Assembly: GCA_965261975.1 (NCBI GenBank)
Contig: CBDHEC010000051.1
Coordinates: forward strand, 1-64,000
DNA length: 64,000 nucleotides
Source of the DNA: Alphaproteobacteria bacterium
Lineage (GTDB): Bacteria; Pseudomonadota; Alphaproteobacteria; UBA6615
Direction of reading: 5' to 3'
The notes below the pieces were generated by a model. The model saw only the letters and a program-made list of their open reading frames with translations. It was not told where the DNA came from and did not search any database. Of this stretch, positions 1 through 9,570 are shown one piece after another. The position numbers and the translations under genes are program-made. Position 1 is the stretch's first letter; each line of letters opens with the position of its first letter.

Positions 1-1
1 C

Positions 2-679
2 GCAGACGTGAATCCGGACGCGGCACAGGAAACCGCCGACATCATCGCGGGCGAGGGCGGCAGCGCCAGCGTGTTCGCGGTCGACGTGACGGACAGCGCC
101 CAGGTCGAAGCTATGGTCGAGGCAGCCTGCGCCGAGTTCGGCCGGCTCGACATCCTGCACAACAATGTGGGCATCGCGGAGGTCGGCGGGCCGGTGGATG
201 CCAGCGAGGAAAGCTGGGACCGGGTGCATGACGTCAACCTGAAGAGCGCCTTCCTGACCAGCAAGTACGCGATCCCGAAGATGCAGGAACGCGGCGAGGG
301 GGCGATCGTCAACGTGTCCTCGATTGCCGGTGAGCGCTGGCTGAACGTCCCGTATCTTTCCTACGCTACAACCAAGGCGGCGATGACCCAGATGACCCGA
401 GTCATTGCCCGGCAATACGCGCCCGAGAACATTCGCTGCAATGCGATCCTGCCGGGCCTGATGCAAACACCGATGGTGGCCCATTCCCTGCAGGGGGCTT
501 ACGGCGACGACGACGTTGACGAACTTTGGGAAAAGCGCGAGGCGCAGGTACCGTTGAACCGGGTGGGCGACGCATGGGACGTGGCCTACGCCGCGGTTTA
601 TCTCGCCTCCGACGAGGCCCGTTACGTCACCGGGGCCACGCTCCTGGTCGACGGTGGCATCACGCTGGGGATCGGCTAG
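2..679 (+). CDS. Short-chain dehydrogenase/reductase (5' end outside window)
   Basis: NNVG, NVSS and YATTK (YxxxK) motifs; C-terminal [10 protein letters not shown]; frame is open from the window edge and the Gly-rich motif is absent, so the start lies upstream. Confidence 0.9.
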   Translation, partial: ADVNPDAAQETADIIAGEGGSASVFAVDVTDSAQVEAMVEAACAEFGRLDILHNNVGIAEVGGPVDASEESWDRVHDVNLKSAFLTSKYAIPKMQERGEGAIVNVSSIAGERWLNVPYLSYATTKAAMTQMTRVIARQYAPENIRCNAILPGLMQTPMVAHSLQGAYGDDDVDELWEKREAQVPLNRVGDAWDVAYAAVYLASDEARYVTGATLLVDGGITLGIG

Positions 680-683
680 GGCG

Positions 684-1592
684 CTAGTCTTCCTTGGCCA
701 TCACCGCGGTCAGGTTGGCCACCGCATCGTCATACCCGGTCGGATTGCGCATCTCGTGGATCTGTGGCCACAGCGCTGCGATCCGGTCGGGCGTCATGGG
801 CTCACGCGGATCGACCCGCACGCCCTCGCTCTCCATGACCCGGATGCGCGAATAATAGCCCGCCGTTGCGGCGACGATGTTGCCGGAATCCGTGCAGTCC
901 TCGCTGACCAGATAGGTGACCATCGCCGCCACGGCGTCCGTCGTCACCAGCTCCGGGTCGTAGACGTCGAAGATGCCCGACGGCTCGGCGATGCGCGTCG
1001 CCGCGAGCGGCGCCAGCGCGTTGACCACGATGTTGTTGCGCGCGCCCTCGAGCTTGAGGGTGTTCATGAAGCCGACAACGGCCATCTTGGCGGCGGAATA
1101 GTTGGTCTGGCCGAAATTGCCGTAGAGGCCGGAATTCGATGAGACCATGAGCACCCGGCCGTAATTTGCCTCGCGCATATGGGGGTAGGCGGCGTGTGTG
1201 ACGTAGACCGAGCCCAGGTAATGCACCCGGGCAACGAACTCATAGTCCTCGAGGCTCATCTTGTGGAAGGTCTTGTCGCGGACGATGCCCGCGTTGTTGA
1301 TGACGATGTCCACCTGTCCGAATGCGTCGATTGCCGTCTGCACGATGTTTGCGGCACTTTCGGGGTCGGCGACGCTGTCATAGTTGGCGACGGCCTCACC
1401 ACCGGCGGCACGGATCTCCTCGACCACCGCATCGGCGGGCGTGCCCGACAGGCCGCTCCCGTCGATCGCACCGCCGATATCGTTGACCACGACACGTGCA
1501 CCATGGGCTGCCAAGGACAGCGCATAGCTCTTTCCCAGACCGTTTCCCGCCCCTGTCACCACGGCGACCCGGCCATCAAATGCGATTGTCAT
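684..1592 (-). CDS. SDR, hydroxyacyl-CoA dehydrogenase (peroxisomal MFE2 N-domain-like)
   Basis: TGAGNGLG, VVVNDIGG, NNAGIVRD, GNFGQTNYSAAK; ATG at 1592 preceded by GGAGGGGG. Confidence 0.9.
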   Translation of the reverse strand: MTIAFDGRVAVVTGAGNGLGKSYALSLAAHGARVVVNDIGGAIDGSGLSGTPADAVVEEIRAAGGEAVANYDSVADPESAANIVQTAIDAFGQVDIVINNAGIVRDKTFHKMSLEDYEFVARVHYLGSVYVTHAAYPHMREANYGRVLMVSSNSGLYGNFGQTNYSAAKMAVVGFMNTLKLEGARNNIVVNALAPLAATRIAEPSGIFDVYDPELVTTDAVAAMVTYLVSEDCTDSGNIVAATAGYYSRIRVMESEGVRVDPREPMTPDRIAALWPQIHEMRNPTGYDDAVANLTAVMAKED

Positions 1593-1816
1593 GGTTTCCC
1601 CCTCCATCGTGAACTTGTCGGTGCCTGCGGCGTTTTTCTGGCGATGCGCAGCACGCGAAGTGATTCGTTTTGATTCAGTGTGTTTAGTCAAGCAAATCGC
1701 GATTTTCCGAGGCCCGTCGTCACCGAATTGCGCGTGGATTTTAGACGACGGGCGCGCTAGCTTGCGCCGCCCAAAGTGAGGGCGCTCACAAGTATTTCCC
1801 AACAGGGGAGGACCCG

Positions 1817-2740
1817 ATGGAATTTCTCGCGGATCTCGACTGGACCCGATACTGGTTCATGTTTCCCATCTCGATGGCTGTCGCGACAACCGCGATGCTC
1901 AGCGGTATCGGCGGTGCGGCCCTGTTTGCCCCGATCTTCCTGATTATCTTCCCGCTCCTGGGAGCGGAATATATGCTGGCAGGAACCGCCGCGGCGATCG
2001 GGACGGCACTGATGACGGAAGTGTTCGGATTTTCTTCCGGCTTTGTCGGCTACTACCGCAAGAAATTGATACATTTCCGGAGTGCGATCCCGTTTCTCAT
2101 GGTGGCCGTGCCGGTTGCCATCGTCGGCGCATTGCTGTTGGCGACCCTGCAGCACCAGGAGGCCTTGCTGAAAGGGGCCTATGCGCTGCTCATGCTGGTC
2201 TTGGCACCGATTATCTTCCGACATCACCCGCCACAAGAGATGGTGACGGATGGCGCGGACGAGATCGCGGGTTCGGGGCGCGAACCGGTGAGCGTAACCG
2301 CGGCGGACGGACAAACCTACAATTTCAGAAAACCCAAACAGGGCGTGAGTGTTGCCGCCACTACCAGCGTTGGATCTTTCCTGACGGGCTTGCTGGGGGT
2401 GGGTGTCGGCGAGGTGATCATGCCGCAGCTGGTCAAGCGCGACCATGTACCGGTGCCGGTCGCCGCAGCCACATCGGTGTTCATCGTGATCGTCACGATC
2501 GCCGCGGCAAGTTTTACTCAGGTTTCAGCATTGATCGCGGCCGGTGGCGCGAACGCCATTCCCTGGAACCTCGTTGCCTACACGATTCCCGGCGTGATCA
2601 TCGGCGGTCAGATCGGGCCGCGCCTCCAGGGCAAGGTAACCCAGCGGACGATGGAAAAAACTATCGCGACACTGTTTGCGATTATCGGACTGGCCATGGG
2701 GTTCATCGCGCTGCGTGAACTCGGCGTGTTCGGTGCTTAA
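1817..2740 (+). CDS. Sulfite exporter TauE/SafE family membrane protein
   Basis: Two repeated hydrophobic halves with SGIGG and GLLGVGVG, AATS motif, PGVIIGGQIG; RBS GGGGAGG. Confidence 0.85.
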   Translation: MEFLADLDWTRYWFMFPISMAVATTAMLSGIGGAALFAPIFLIIFPLLGAEYMLAGTAAAIGTALMTEVFGFSSGFVGYYRKKLIHFRSAIPFLMVAVPVAIVGALLLATLQHQEALLKGAYALLMLVLAPIIFRHHPPQEMVTDGADEIAGSGREPVSVTAADGQTYNFRKPKQGVSVAATTSVGSFLTGLLGVGVGEVIMPQLVKRDHVPVPVAAATSVFIVIVTIAAASFTQVSALIAAGGANAIPWNLVAYTIPGVIIGGQIGPRLQGKVTQRTMEKTIATLFAIIGLAMGFIALRELGVFGA

Positions 2741-2757
2741 CGGGAAGATAGCTCAAC

Positions 2758-3492
2758 ATGTCACTCGGCCTCTCAGATAACCGAAACCGCCTCCGCCGGC
2801 GGCGCCAGGTTTTCGGGTTTTTCTTTCGTTGGGGGTTGGTGTTGGCCGTCGGGCTCGGTGTTGGCCTGTGGGCAAAGGATATTGGAACCGAAGTCGCCAA
2901 CCAGGAAGTCCGTGTGCTGGAGAGCCGTCTGTCAGAAATTACGTCGGAAAGTGCGACCCTGCGCTCGGAGATCGCCGGCCTGAAGGCGGCTCTCCACTCG
3001 GAACGTGATCGCGTCGACGAATGGCGGGAGCGCTACGAAGCCGATGTTCCCAATCCTCAGGAGGCGGAGATACTCGCCGCTGCGCGAGTGCGCATCGCCG
3101 AAGGCATCAGCACGGACCGGCTAACGGCCGTTGTCGGCCTGACGCGCGACGATGTTGCATGCGAACCTCTGGGCAGTACCAAGCGGTTCATCGTGAACAA
3201 TGAAATTCAAAGTGGCGCGAATGGCTCGGTGTCCTTCGCCAATGGGGCGATCACCATAACGGCGCGCGGTGAAGCCGCTCGCAATGAAGCGGGTCAACCT
3301 GTCGGGTGGTTCGACCCGGCCAAGCCCGTTATCGCGACCTTCAGCCATCTCGGCGGCGAGACATTTCAGGCGGAGGGTGTCCTGCCGCTCCATCACGCCG
3401 TCGCGGTGGCGGATACGGAGTACCGGTTTAGCCTGGTTTCCGGGGCGCGGGCCTTTGTTCAGGTCACCGGCGAGGTCTGCCCGTTCCCCTAG
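2758..3492 (+). CDS. Hypothetical membrane-anchored coiled-coil protein
   Basis: Arg-rich N-terminus, one TM helix, heptad-like segment, beta-rich C-domain with two Cys; host-like codon usage. Confidence 0.75.
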   Translation: MSLGLSDNRNRLRRRRQVFGFFFRWGLVLAVGLGVGLWAKDIGTEVANQEVRVLESRLSEITSESATLRSEIAGLKAALHSERDRVDEWRERYEADVPNPQEAEILAAARVRIAEGISTDRLTAVVGLTRDDVACEPLGSTKRFIVNNEIQSGANGSVSFANGAITITARGEAARNEAGQPVGWFDPAKPVIATFSHLGGETFQAEGVLPLHHAVAVADTEYRFSLVSGARAFVQVTGEVCPFP

Positions 3493-3828
3493 AAATAAAC
3501 GTTCAAGATCATGTGTTTGGCAGCGGTATTTTGCGCGTAATTCGCGTATGGTCCGCCCCGTTCTGATGAAACATATCGCGATCGGCAGATATGTTGTCGA
3601 CCAGACAGTTGGTTTCCCGCTTGAAACGGTGGAGCCAATTGCCTAAATCGGTCGGCAATCGGCACGCAGGGAACCTGGAATGTCCCTGCACGCAACAAGA
3701 ATGCCGGACATGGAACGGCAACGGCGAGTCCATCGGCCCCTGGGCCCAATATTATCGTCGTCGCCTGCTTGTCGTTCCGGATGTCCGAAGACAGTCATCT
3801 GGCTGTCTGCTGTGGAGGAAGAATCGAC

Positions 3829-4820
3829 GTGACAACATTGCTCGATATTCGGGGCCTGACGAAGAATTACGGCCCCATAACCGCGGTCGACGACGTATCG
3901 TTTTCGGTCGACCAGGGCGAAGTGCTCGGATTTATCGGCCCGAACGGTTCGGGAAAATCGACCACGATGAAAATCGTGACCGGCTTTCTGACACCGACGT
4001 CCGGTTCGGTGCAGGTCGGTGGCCTTGATGTGACCAGCCATCCGTTGGAGATCAAACGACGGATCGGCTACTTGCCCGAGGGTGCCCCGCTTTATGGTGA
4101 TATGACCCCGATCTCGCTTTTGAATTTCGTGTGCAAGGTGCGCCGGCTTTCGAAGGAAGAAACCAAGCGCGGGATCGAGTATGCGGTGGACAAGCTGCAT
4201 ATCGCGAACGTGCTGTATCAGCCGATCGAGACCCTTTCCAAGGGTTACAAGCGCCGCGTCGGCCTGGCGCAGGCGATCGTTCACGAGCCGGACCTGCTGA
4301 TCCTTGATGAGCCGACGGACGGGCTCGATCCGAACCAGAAACATGAGGTTCGTGAACTGCTGAAGGAGATGTCGGGCAAGAAAGCTGTGATCATCTCCAC
4401 CCACATTCTGGAAGAAGTGGAAGCCGTTTGCTCGCGGGCCATCGTGATTGCCAAGGGCAAAATGGTTGCCGATGCAGATCCGCTTTCGCTTCAGTCGCGC
4501 TCGCGTTGCACAATGCGGTCGGCATTCGGCTATCCGCGGAGAACGCACAAGCCTGTATCGAGATGCTCGACAGCCTTGGCGGCGTACAGCAGGTGCGCAC
4601 GACTGTTGAAACGGCATCGACGGTCGAGCTGTTGGCCATCTCGACGGAGAGTTCCGAGATACTCGGGGCGGTGAACTCGGCGATCGACGAGAAGGGCATT
4701 CACGTGGACGAGATCTTTGTCGAACGTGGCCGCCTCGAAGATGTATTCCGCGACCTGACTTATGCCGTTGAGGGTCTGCAGCAGGATCCCGACGCGAACA
4801 CGGAGGCGTCCAATGCTTAA
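3829..4820 (+). CDS. ABC transporter ATP-binding protein, GldA-like (frameshift near 4506)
   Basis: Walker A GPNGSGKST, LSKG signature, LILDEPTDGLDP; GTG start after GGAGG; C-terminus (HNAV...RLEDVFRDLT) continues in the 4428..4820 frame. Confidence 0.88.
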
Positions 4821-5547
4821 TACGTGGATCGTCGCACGCCGAGAATTGTCGGCCTATTTCACGTCGCCGCTGGCGTATGTGTTCATCGTGATCTTTCTGG
4901 CGCTCGCCGGGGGGCTCACATTCTTCTTCGGTCAGTGGCTGGAGCGGGGACAGGCGGACCTGCAGGTCTTCTTCATCTACCATCCGTATCTGTACCTGTT
5001 CCTGATCCCGGCCGTGGGCATGCGCCTGTGGGCGGAGGAACGGAAATCCGGCACGATTGAGTTTCTTCTGACGCTGCCCGTCACCACGGGCCAGATCGTC
5101 ATCGGGAAGTTTCTTGCGGCCTGGGTCTTTGCGGGTATCGCGCTGGCACTGACCTTCCCGATGTGGATTACGGTCAACATGCTCGGCCAGCCGGACAATG
5201 GCGTTATTTTGGCAGCTTATATCGGCAGTTGGCTGATGGCCGGCGGTTTCCTGGCGCTCAGCGCATGCGTGTCCGCGATGACCAAGAACCAGGTGATTGC
5301 CTTCGTGCTCGCCTCCGCCCTTTGTTTCGTCTTCATGATGAGCGGGGTCGAGATCATCCAGTCCTTCTTCCGGGCATGGACGCCGCAAACTTTCGTGGAA
5401 TCAATTTCGGAGCTCAGCTTCCTGACCAATTTCAATGAAGTCTCCCAGGGCGTGATCGATGTTCGCGATCTTGTCTTCTTCCTCTCCGTCATCGGCATTG
5501 CCTTGTTTGTGAACACGGCCATTGTCGAAGCCAAGAAGGGGGTCTGA
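4813..5547 (+). CDS. ABC-2 type permease, GldF-like
   Basis: RRELSAYFTSPLAYVF, MRLWAEERKSGTIEFLLTLP and GKFLA; about 6 TM helices; start overlaps the ATPase stop. Confidence 0.9.
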   Translation: MLNTWIVARRELSAYFTSPLAYVFIVIFLALAGGLTFFFGQWLERGQADLQVFFIYHPYLYLFLIPAVGMRLWAEERKSGTIEFLLTLPVTTGQIVIGKFLAAWVFAGIALALTFPMWITVNMLGQPDNGVILAAYIGSWLMAGGFLALSACVSAMTKNQVIAFVLASALCFVFMMSGVEIIQSFFRAWTPQTFVESISELSFLTNFNEVSQGVIDVRDLVFFLSVIGIALFVNTAIVEAKKGV

Positions 5548-5551
5548 GACC

Positions 5552-7486
5552 ATGTGGGATCGCATTCGCAACGCGGACCGTCAGGTCCTGGCCTGGGCCA
5601 CAATCGGCCTCGCCATCATCTTCTTCCTGGCGTTCAACGCGCTGTCCAACACGGTTCTGACCAGCACGCGTCTGGATCTGACCGAGGATCGTCTGTTCAC
5701 GCTTTCGGACGGGACCCGCGAGATACTCGAGTCCCTGGAAGAACCGATCGATCTTCGCTTCTACTATTCAGAGCGTTTCGACGAGATCGGCCCGAATATC
5801 GCACGGCATTCCGACCGGGTCCGCGAACTTCTTGATGAATATGAGCGGCTGTCGAACGGCATGGTTCGCATCGAGGAGTTTGACCCGCAGCCATTCTCGA
5901 CGGAAGAGGACCTGGCTGTCAGCGATGGTCTCCAGGGGCTGCCGTTCGATCAATCGGGAGCGCGCGCCTATTTCGGTGTTTCCGGCACCAACTCGACGGA
6001 TGATTCGGATGCGCTGGGCTATCTGGCGCCGGAGCGCAGCCCGTTCCTCGAATATGATCTGACCCGTCTGATCGCAAATCTGGCCGAACCGGAGAAACCG
6101 GTGGTAGCGTTGTTGAGCGACCTGCCACTCCAGGGCACCCAGTTCGACAATTTCACCCCGTGGCTCATCGTGGACGGCATGCGCCAGTTCTTCGATGTGA
6201 AGTTCCTCGACAAGGACTCGACCGAGCTGCCGGAAGATACCGCGGTCCTGGTCATCGCCGGTGCGCATACGATCAAGGACGAGCTGCTCTATGCGATGGA
6301 TCAGTTCACCGTAAACGGCGGTCAGGTTTTGGCTTTCGCCGATCCGCTTGCGGAATCCATGGCGCTGCTCGGGCCGGCGGCCGGTCAATTGCCGCCGCCG
6401 GGTGTGGGGCAGGCGGCGATCGAGCCGCTGTTGAACGCGTGGGGCGTAACGGTTGCTCGAGGCGAGTTTGTCGCAAACCTTGATGATGCCGTTCGTGTCG
6501 GCTTTCCGAACCCCGAAACGGGTCAGCAGGTGGCCGTTGATTATGTGGCCTGGTTGACCATGCAGGGTGACAGGTTCGCCAAAGACGATGCGGTATCGGC
6601 GCAGCTGCAGCGTATCGTCGTGAGCACCGCGGGTGCGTTCATGTCCGCAGAAGACGCAGACACCGCGCTCGAGCCGCTGATCTTTACCACGCCGGAATCG
6701 GATTTGATGAGTGCCTTTGAGATCGCTCAGCAACCCAATCCGATCTCCTTGCTCGACCGGTTCGAACCGCAAGATACGGTCTACAACCTCGCCGCGCGTG
6801 TTGTCGGCAAGGTCAAATCCGCCTTCCCGGATGGACCGCCCGAAAAGGTCCTCGAGGCGCTGGATGACCCCGCCGCCGCCGAGGCGTTGCGCGCGGCGCA
6901 CAAGAATTCAGCTGAAACCGACGCCAGCATCATTCTGGTCGGTGATGTGGATATGTTGTCGAACCAGAACTGGGCGCAGGTACAGGATGTCGCGGGTGAG
7001 CAAGTCGCCATCCCGACGGCAAACAACGCCGATTTCTTCATCAACGCCATCGACAATCTGCGCGGCAGCCAGGGACTGGTCGGACTTCGTGGTCGTGGCT
7101 TCTCGATCCGCCCGTTCGAGGTCATTGAGGAGATGCGCAGCGAGGCGGACAACAAGTTCCGCAACAAGGAACAGGAACTCCTGGCGCGCATCGCGGAGAT
7201 GGACGAAACAATTGAACGCCTGCAGCGCGAGGAACAGACGACGGGCGCGATCCTCACGTCTCAGCAACAGTCCGAGATCGATAATTTCCGTTTGGAGATG
7301 CTCGATTCACGCAAGGAACTGCGCGATGTGCAACGTTCTCTGCGCGAGGACGTCGAATCGCTGGAGCGACGGGTTCGGGTGTTCAATATCTGGGCGGTCC
7401 CGCTGGTAATTGCCGTGTTGGCGATCTTCCTGGCGATAATCCGCAGAATTCGCCGGTCGCGGTATCACCGCACCGTGCTGCACTAG
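5552..7486 (+). CDS. GldG-like ABC-associated periplasmic protein
   Basis: N-terminal TM, RLDLTEDRLFTLSDGT, FLEYDLTRLI, C-terminal coiled coil plus TM. Confidence 0.88.
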   Translation: MWDRIRNADRQVLAWATIGLAIIFFLAFNALSNTVLTSTRLDLTEDRLFTLSDGTREILESLEEPIDLRFYYSERFDEIGPNIARHSDRVRELLDEYERLSNGMVRIEEFDPQPFSTEEDLAVSDGLQGLPFDQSGARAYFGVSGTNSTDDSDALGYLAPERSPFLEYDLTRLIANLAEPEKPVVALLSDLPLQGTQFDNFTPWLIVDGMRQFFDVKFLDKDSTELPEDTAVLVIAGAHTIKDELLYAMDQFTVNGGQVLAFADPLAESMALLGPAAGQLPPPGVGQAAIEPLLNAWGVTVARGEFVANLDDAVRVGFPNPETGQQVAVDYVAWLTMQGDRFAKDDAVSAQLQRIVVSTAGAFMSAEDADTALEPLIFTTPESDLMSAFEIAQQPNPISLLDRFEPQDTVYNLAARVVGKVKSAFPDGPPEKVLEALDDPAAAEALRAAHKNSAETDASIILVGDVDMLSNQNWAQVQDVAGEQVAIPTANNADFFINAIDNLRGSQGLVGLRGRGFSIRPFEVIEEMRSEADNKFRNKEQELLARIAEMDETIERLQREEQTTGAILTSQQQSEIDNFRLEMLDSRKELRDVQRSLREDVESLERRVRVFNIWAVPLVIAVLAIFLAIIRRIRRSRYHRTVLH

Positions 7487-7496
7487 GGAGCGAGAT

Positions 7497-8555
7497 ATGA
7501 GTCCGCGCGTATTCTTGGGCTGGCTGGTTCTCACGGCCGTAACGGTGGTCCTGACAATCGTCGTTGGGTTGGGCCGCGAGACGGCATCGTTCGACCTGAT
7601 CGAACGGGCACCTGTTTTTGCTGAACTTCGTGACGCCCCGGAATCGGCCACGAAGATTGAGATCAAAAGTCGTTTCGGTGCATTCACGATGAACCAGAGC
7701 GGGGAGGGATGGGTCACCCCCGAGCGAGACGACTACCCGATCGACGACGCCGATGTCCGTCGACTGATTGTCGGCCTGTCGGACATGCGATATGTCGAAC
7801 GCAAAACCTCGAACCCCGAGCGTTTCCATCGTCTCGAGGTTCAGGATATCGACGAGGAATTGTCCGACTCTGTTTATGTGAAAGTGCAAAACGCTCAGGG
7901 CGAGGTGCTGGCAGAGACGATCGTCGGCCGACCGAGTGCGCGTTTCTTTGAAGGCCGTGTGTCAGGCACTTATATCCGGGAGAACGACACCAACAATGTC
8001 TGGCTCGTCACCGGTGTCACCAATGTTCAGACCCGCCTGGTCCCGTGGCTCCAGCGCAATATCGTGGGTGTTCCGGCCAATCAGGTTGCCAGCGTTTCAA
8101 TCGAGACCGACGAAGGTGACTACACGATTTCGCGTGATGCCGCGACGGACGAAGCTTTTGCCATCACCGGCGCGCCGGAAGGCCGAGAGCTCGATGGCGA
8201 CAAGGCGACATCGGTGAGCCGGGCTTTGGCTTCGGTCGAGCTGGAGGATGTGCGTACGCGCACGGAACTGGCGCTGCCGGACGACGCTTCGACGGCGAGC
8301 GTCACGACGTTCGATGGCCTGACGGTGAATGTCCGCCTTGCGGAACTGGATCGCAAGAAGTGGGCGATTTTTAACGCCGAGTATACCGGCGACCCGGCCG
8401 ATCAATCCGAGGGTGCCATTGCGGCACGTGCGGCTGTTGAAGAGATCAACGCGCGCGTGGGTAAGTGGGTTTACTGGTTGCCGAGTGCGACGTTCACAAA
8501 CCTGACCCGACCGCTGGATGATGTGCTGGTGGCGAAGGAAGACGATAGTTCGTGA
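7497..8555 (+). CDS. DUF4340 domain protein
   Basis: N-terminal anchor, W..P..YP.D and YIR...VWLV motifs, typical position after a gldG-like gene. Confidence 0.8.
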   Translation: MSPRVFLGWLVLTAVTVVLTIVVGLGRETASFDLIERAPVFAELRDAPESATKIEIKSRFGAFTMNQSGEGWVTPERDDYPIDDADVRRLIVGLSDMRYVERKTSNPERFHRLEVQDIDEELSDSVYVKVQNAQGEVLAETIVGRPSARFFEGRVSGTYIRENDTNNVWLVTGVTNVQTRLVPWLQRNIVGVPANQVASVSIETDEGDYTISRDAATDEAFAITGAPEGRELDGDKATSVSRALASVELEDVRTRTELALPDDASTASVTTFDGLTVNVRLAELDRKKWAIFNAEYTGDPADQSEGAIAARAAVEEINARVGKWVYWLPSATFTNLTRPLDDVLVAKEDDSS

Positions 8556-8580
8556 TCTGATTTGCGACGTCCAAATATGG

Positions 8581-8614
8581 AACGGCCCACGGTGTTTCGT
8601 GGGCCGTTTTCTTT
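8581..8614 (+). terminator. Rho-independent terminator after the Gld-like operon
   Basis: AACGGCCCACG-6nt-CGTGGGCCGTT stem followed by a T-rich tail. Confidence 0.75.
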
Positions 8615-8749
8615 GGTTTCAGAGTAGGTCGCACGGTATTGTTGTCTGTATCTCTGTTTTGCTCGGTGTCAGATACGCATGGTTGCAATAGGCGCTCTGT
8701 TCGGCATACCGTGCCGCCCAGAGTGAACTGACGGTGTTGGAGTAGATCA

Positions 8750-9570
8750 ATGGCCCGAAAGCCCAAAGACAAGAAAGAGCCCGCTGAGAAGGCAAAAGCC
8801 GAAGCGGCATCGGCTGACGCGGCTGCGGAGACCGCGAGACTTCGCGGTTCCCGTTATTCTATAAAGCGCCGCGCCCGGTGGAGGCGACGCGCCACGCCAA
8901 ATCCGGTCTGGTCGAGGACATGGACGTCGGTTTTGCGGCTGACGCCAACGCAATTCCGATCAATATCGTCGAATTCGCTGTCGCGGCACGCCATTACCCG
9001 ATCGTGTTTTCGACCGCCGAACCGTCGTTGCCCGTGGTTGTGAGCGGTCTTCGCACGGGGACGAATGCCTTTATCGGCACCGACAACACCTGGGCCCGCG
9101 GTTTCTATATCCCGGCCTATGTTCGCCGATATCCGTTTATTCTCATGGAGAACGCGGAAAAGGAGCAGTTCATCCTCTGTGTCGACGAGGAATCGGGTGC
9201 CCTGACCGACGGCGGCGAGCGCCAGCTCTTCAACGACGACGGCAAACCGTCGGAACTGACCGACCGGGCCCTTGAGTTCTGCCGGGCCTATCACGGACAG
9301 TATGAAGCCACGCGGCAGTTCGTTGCGGCCTTGAATGAGCATGGTTTGCTGACGGACAATTCGACCGAAATCCGCCTGACCGATGATCGCAAGATCCAGA
9401 TGCAGGGCTATAAGGTCATCGACCGTGAGAAGTTCGAGGCGCTGCCCGATGATGTCTTCCTGGACTGGCGGAAGAAGAACTGGCTCCCGGTCGTCTATAG
9501 CCACCTGCTTTCGCTCTCGAACTGGCCGTCCGTTCTTCAGCGGGCCGCCGACAGGGCGATGGAAGACTAG
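8750..9570 (+). CDS. sapC: SapC family protein (frameshift near 8827)
   Basis: EFAVAARHYPIVF and YIPAYVRRYPFIL hallmarks; ATG 8750 has a GGAG RBS; PLFYK.P.P lies in the downstream frame ahead of GTG 8878. Confidence 0.85.

Noticed and set aside
3643-5388. 581-aa minus-strand ORF, and similar long antisense ORFs (5768..6901, 42668..43906, 58985..60232, 62172..63383)
   Set aside because: Antisense shadows of well-supported genes, common in GC-rich DNA; no domain motifs
3829-8555. Gliding motility machinery
   Set aside because: No other Gld/Spr or type IX secretion genes are present in the window; the family name does not imply the function in Proteobacteria
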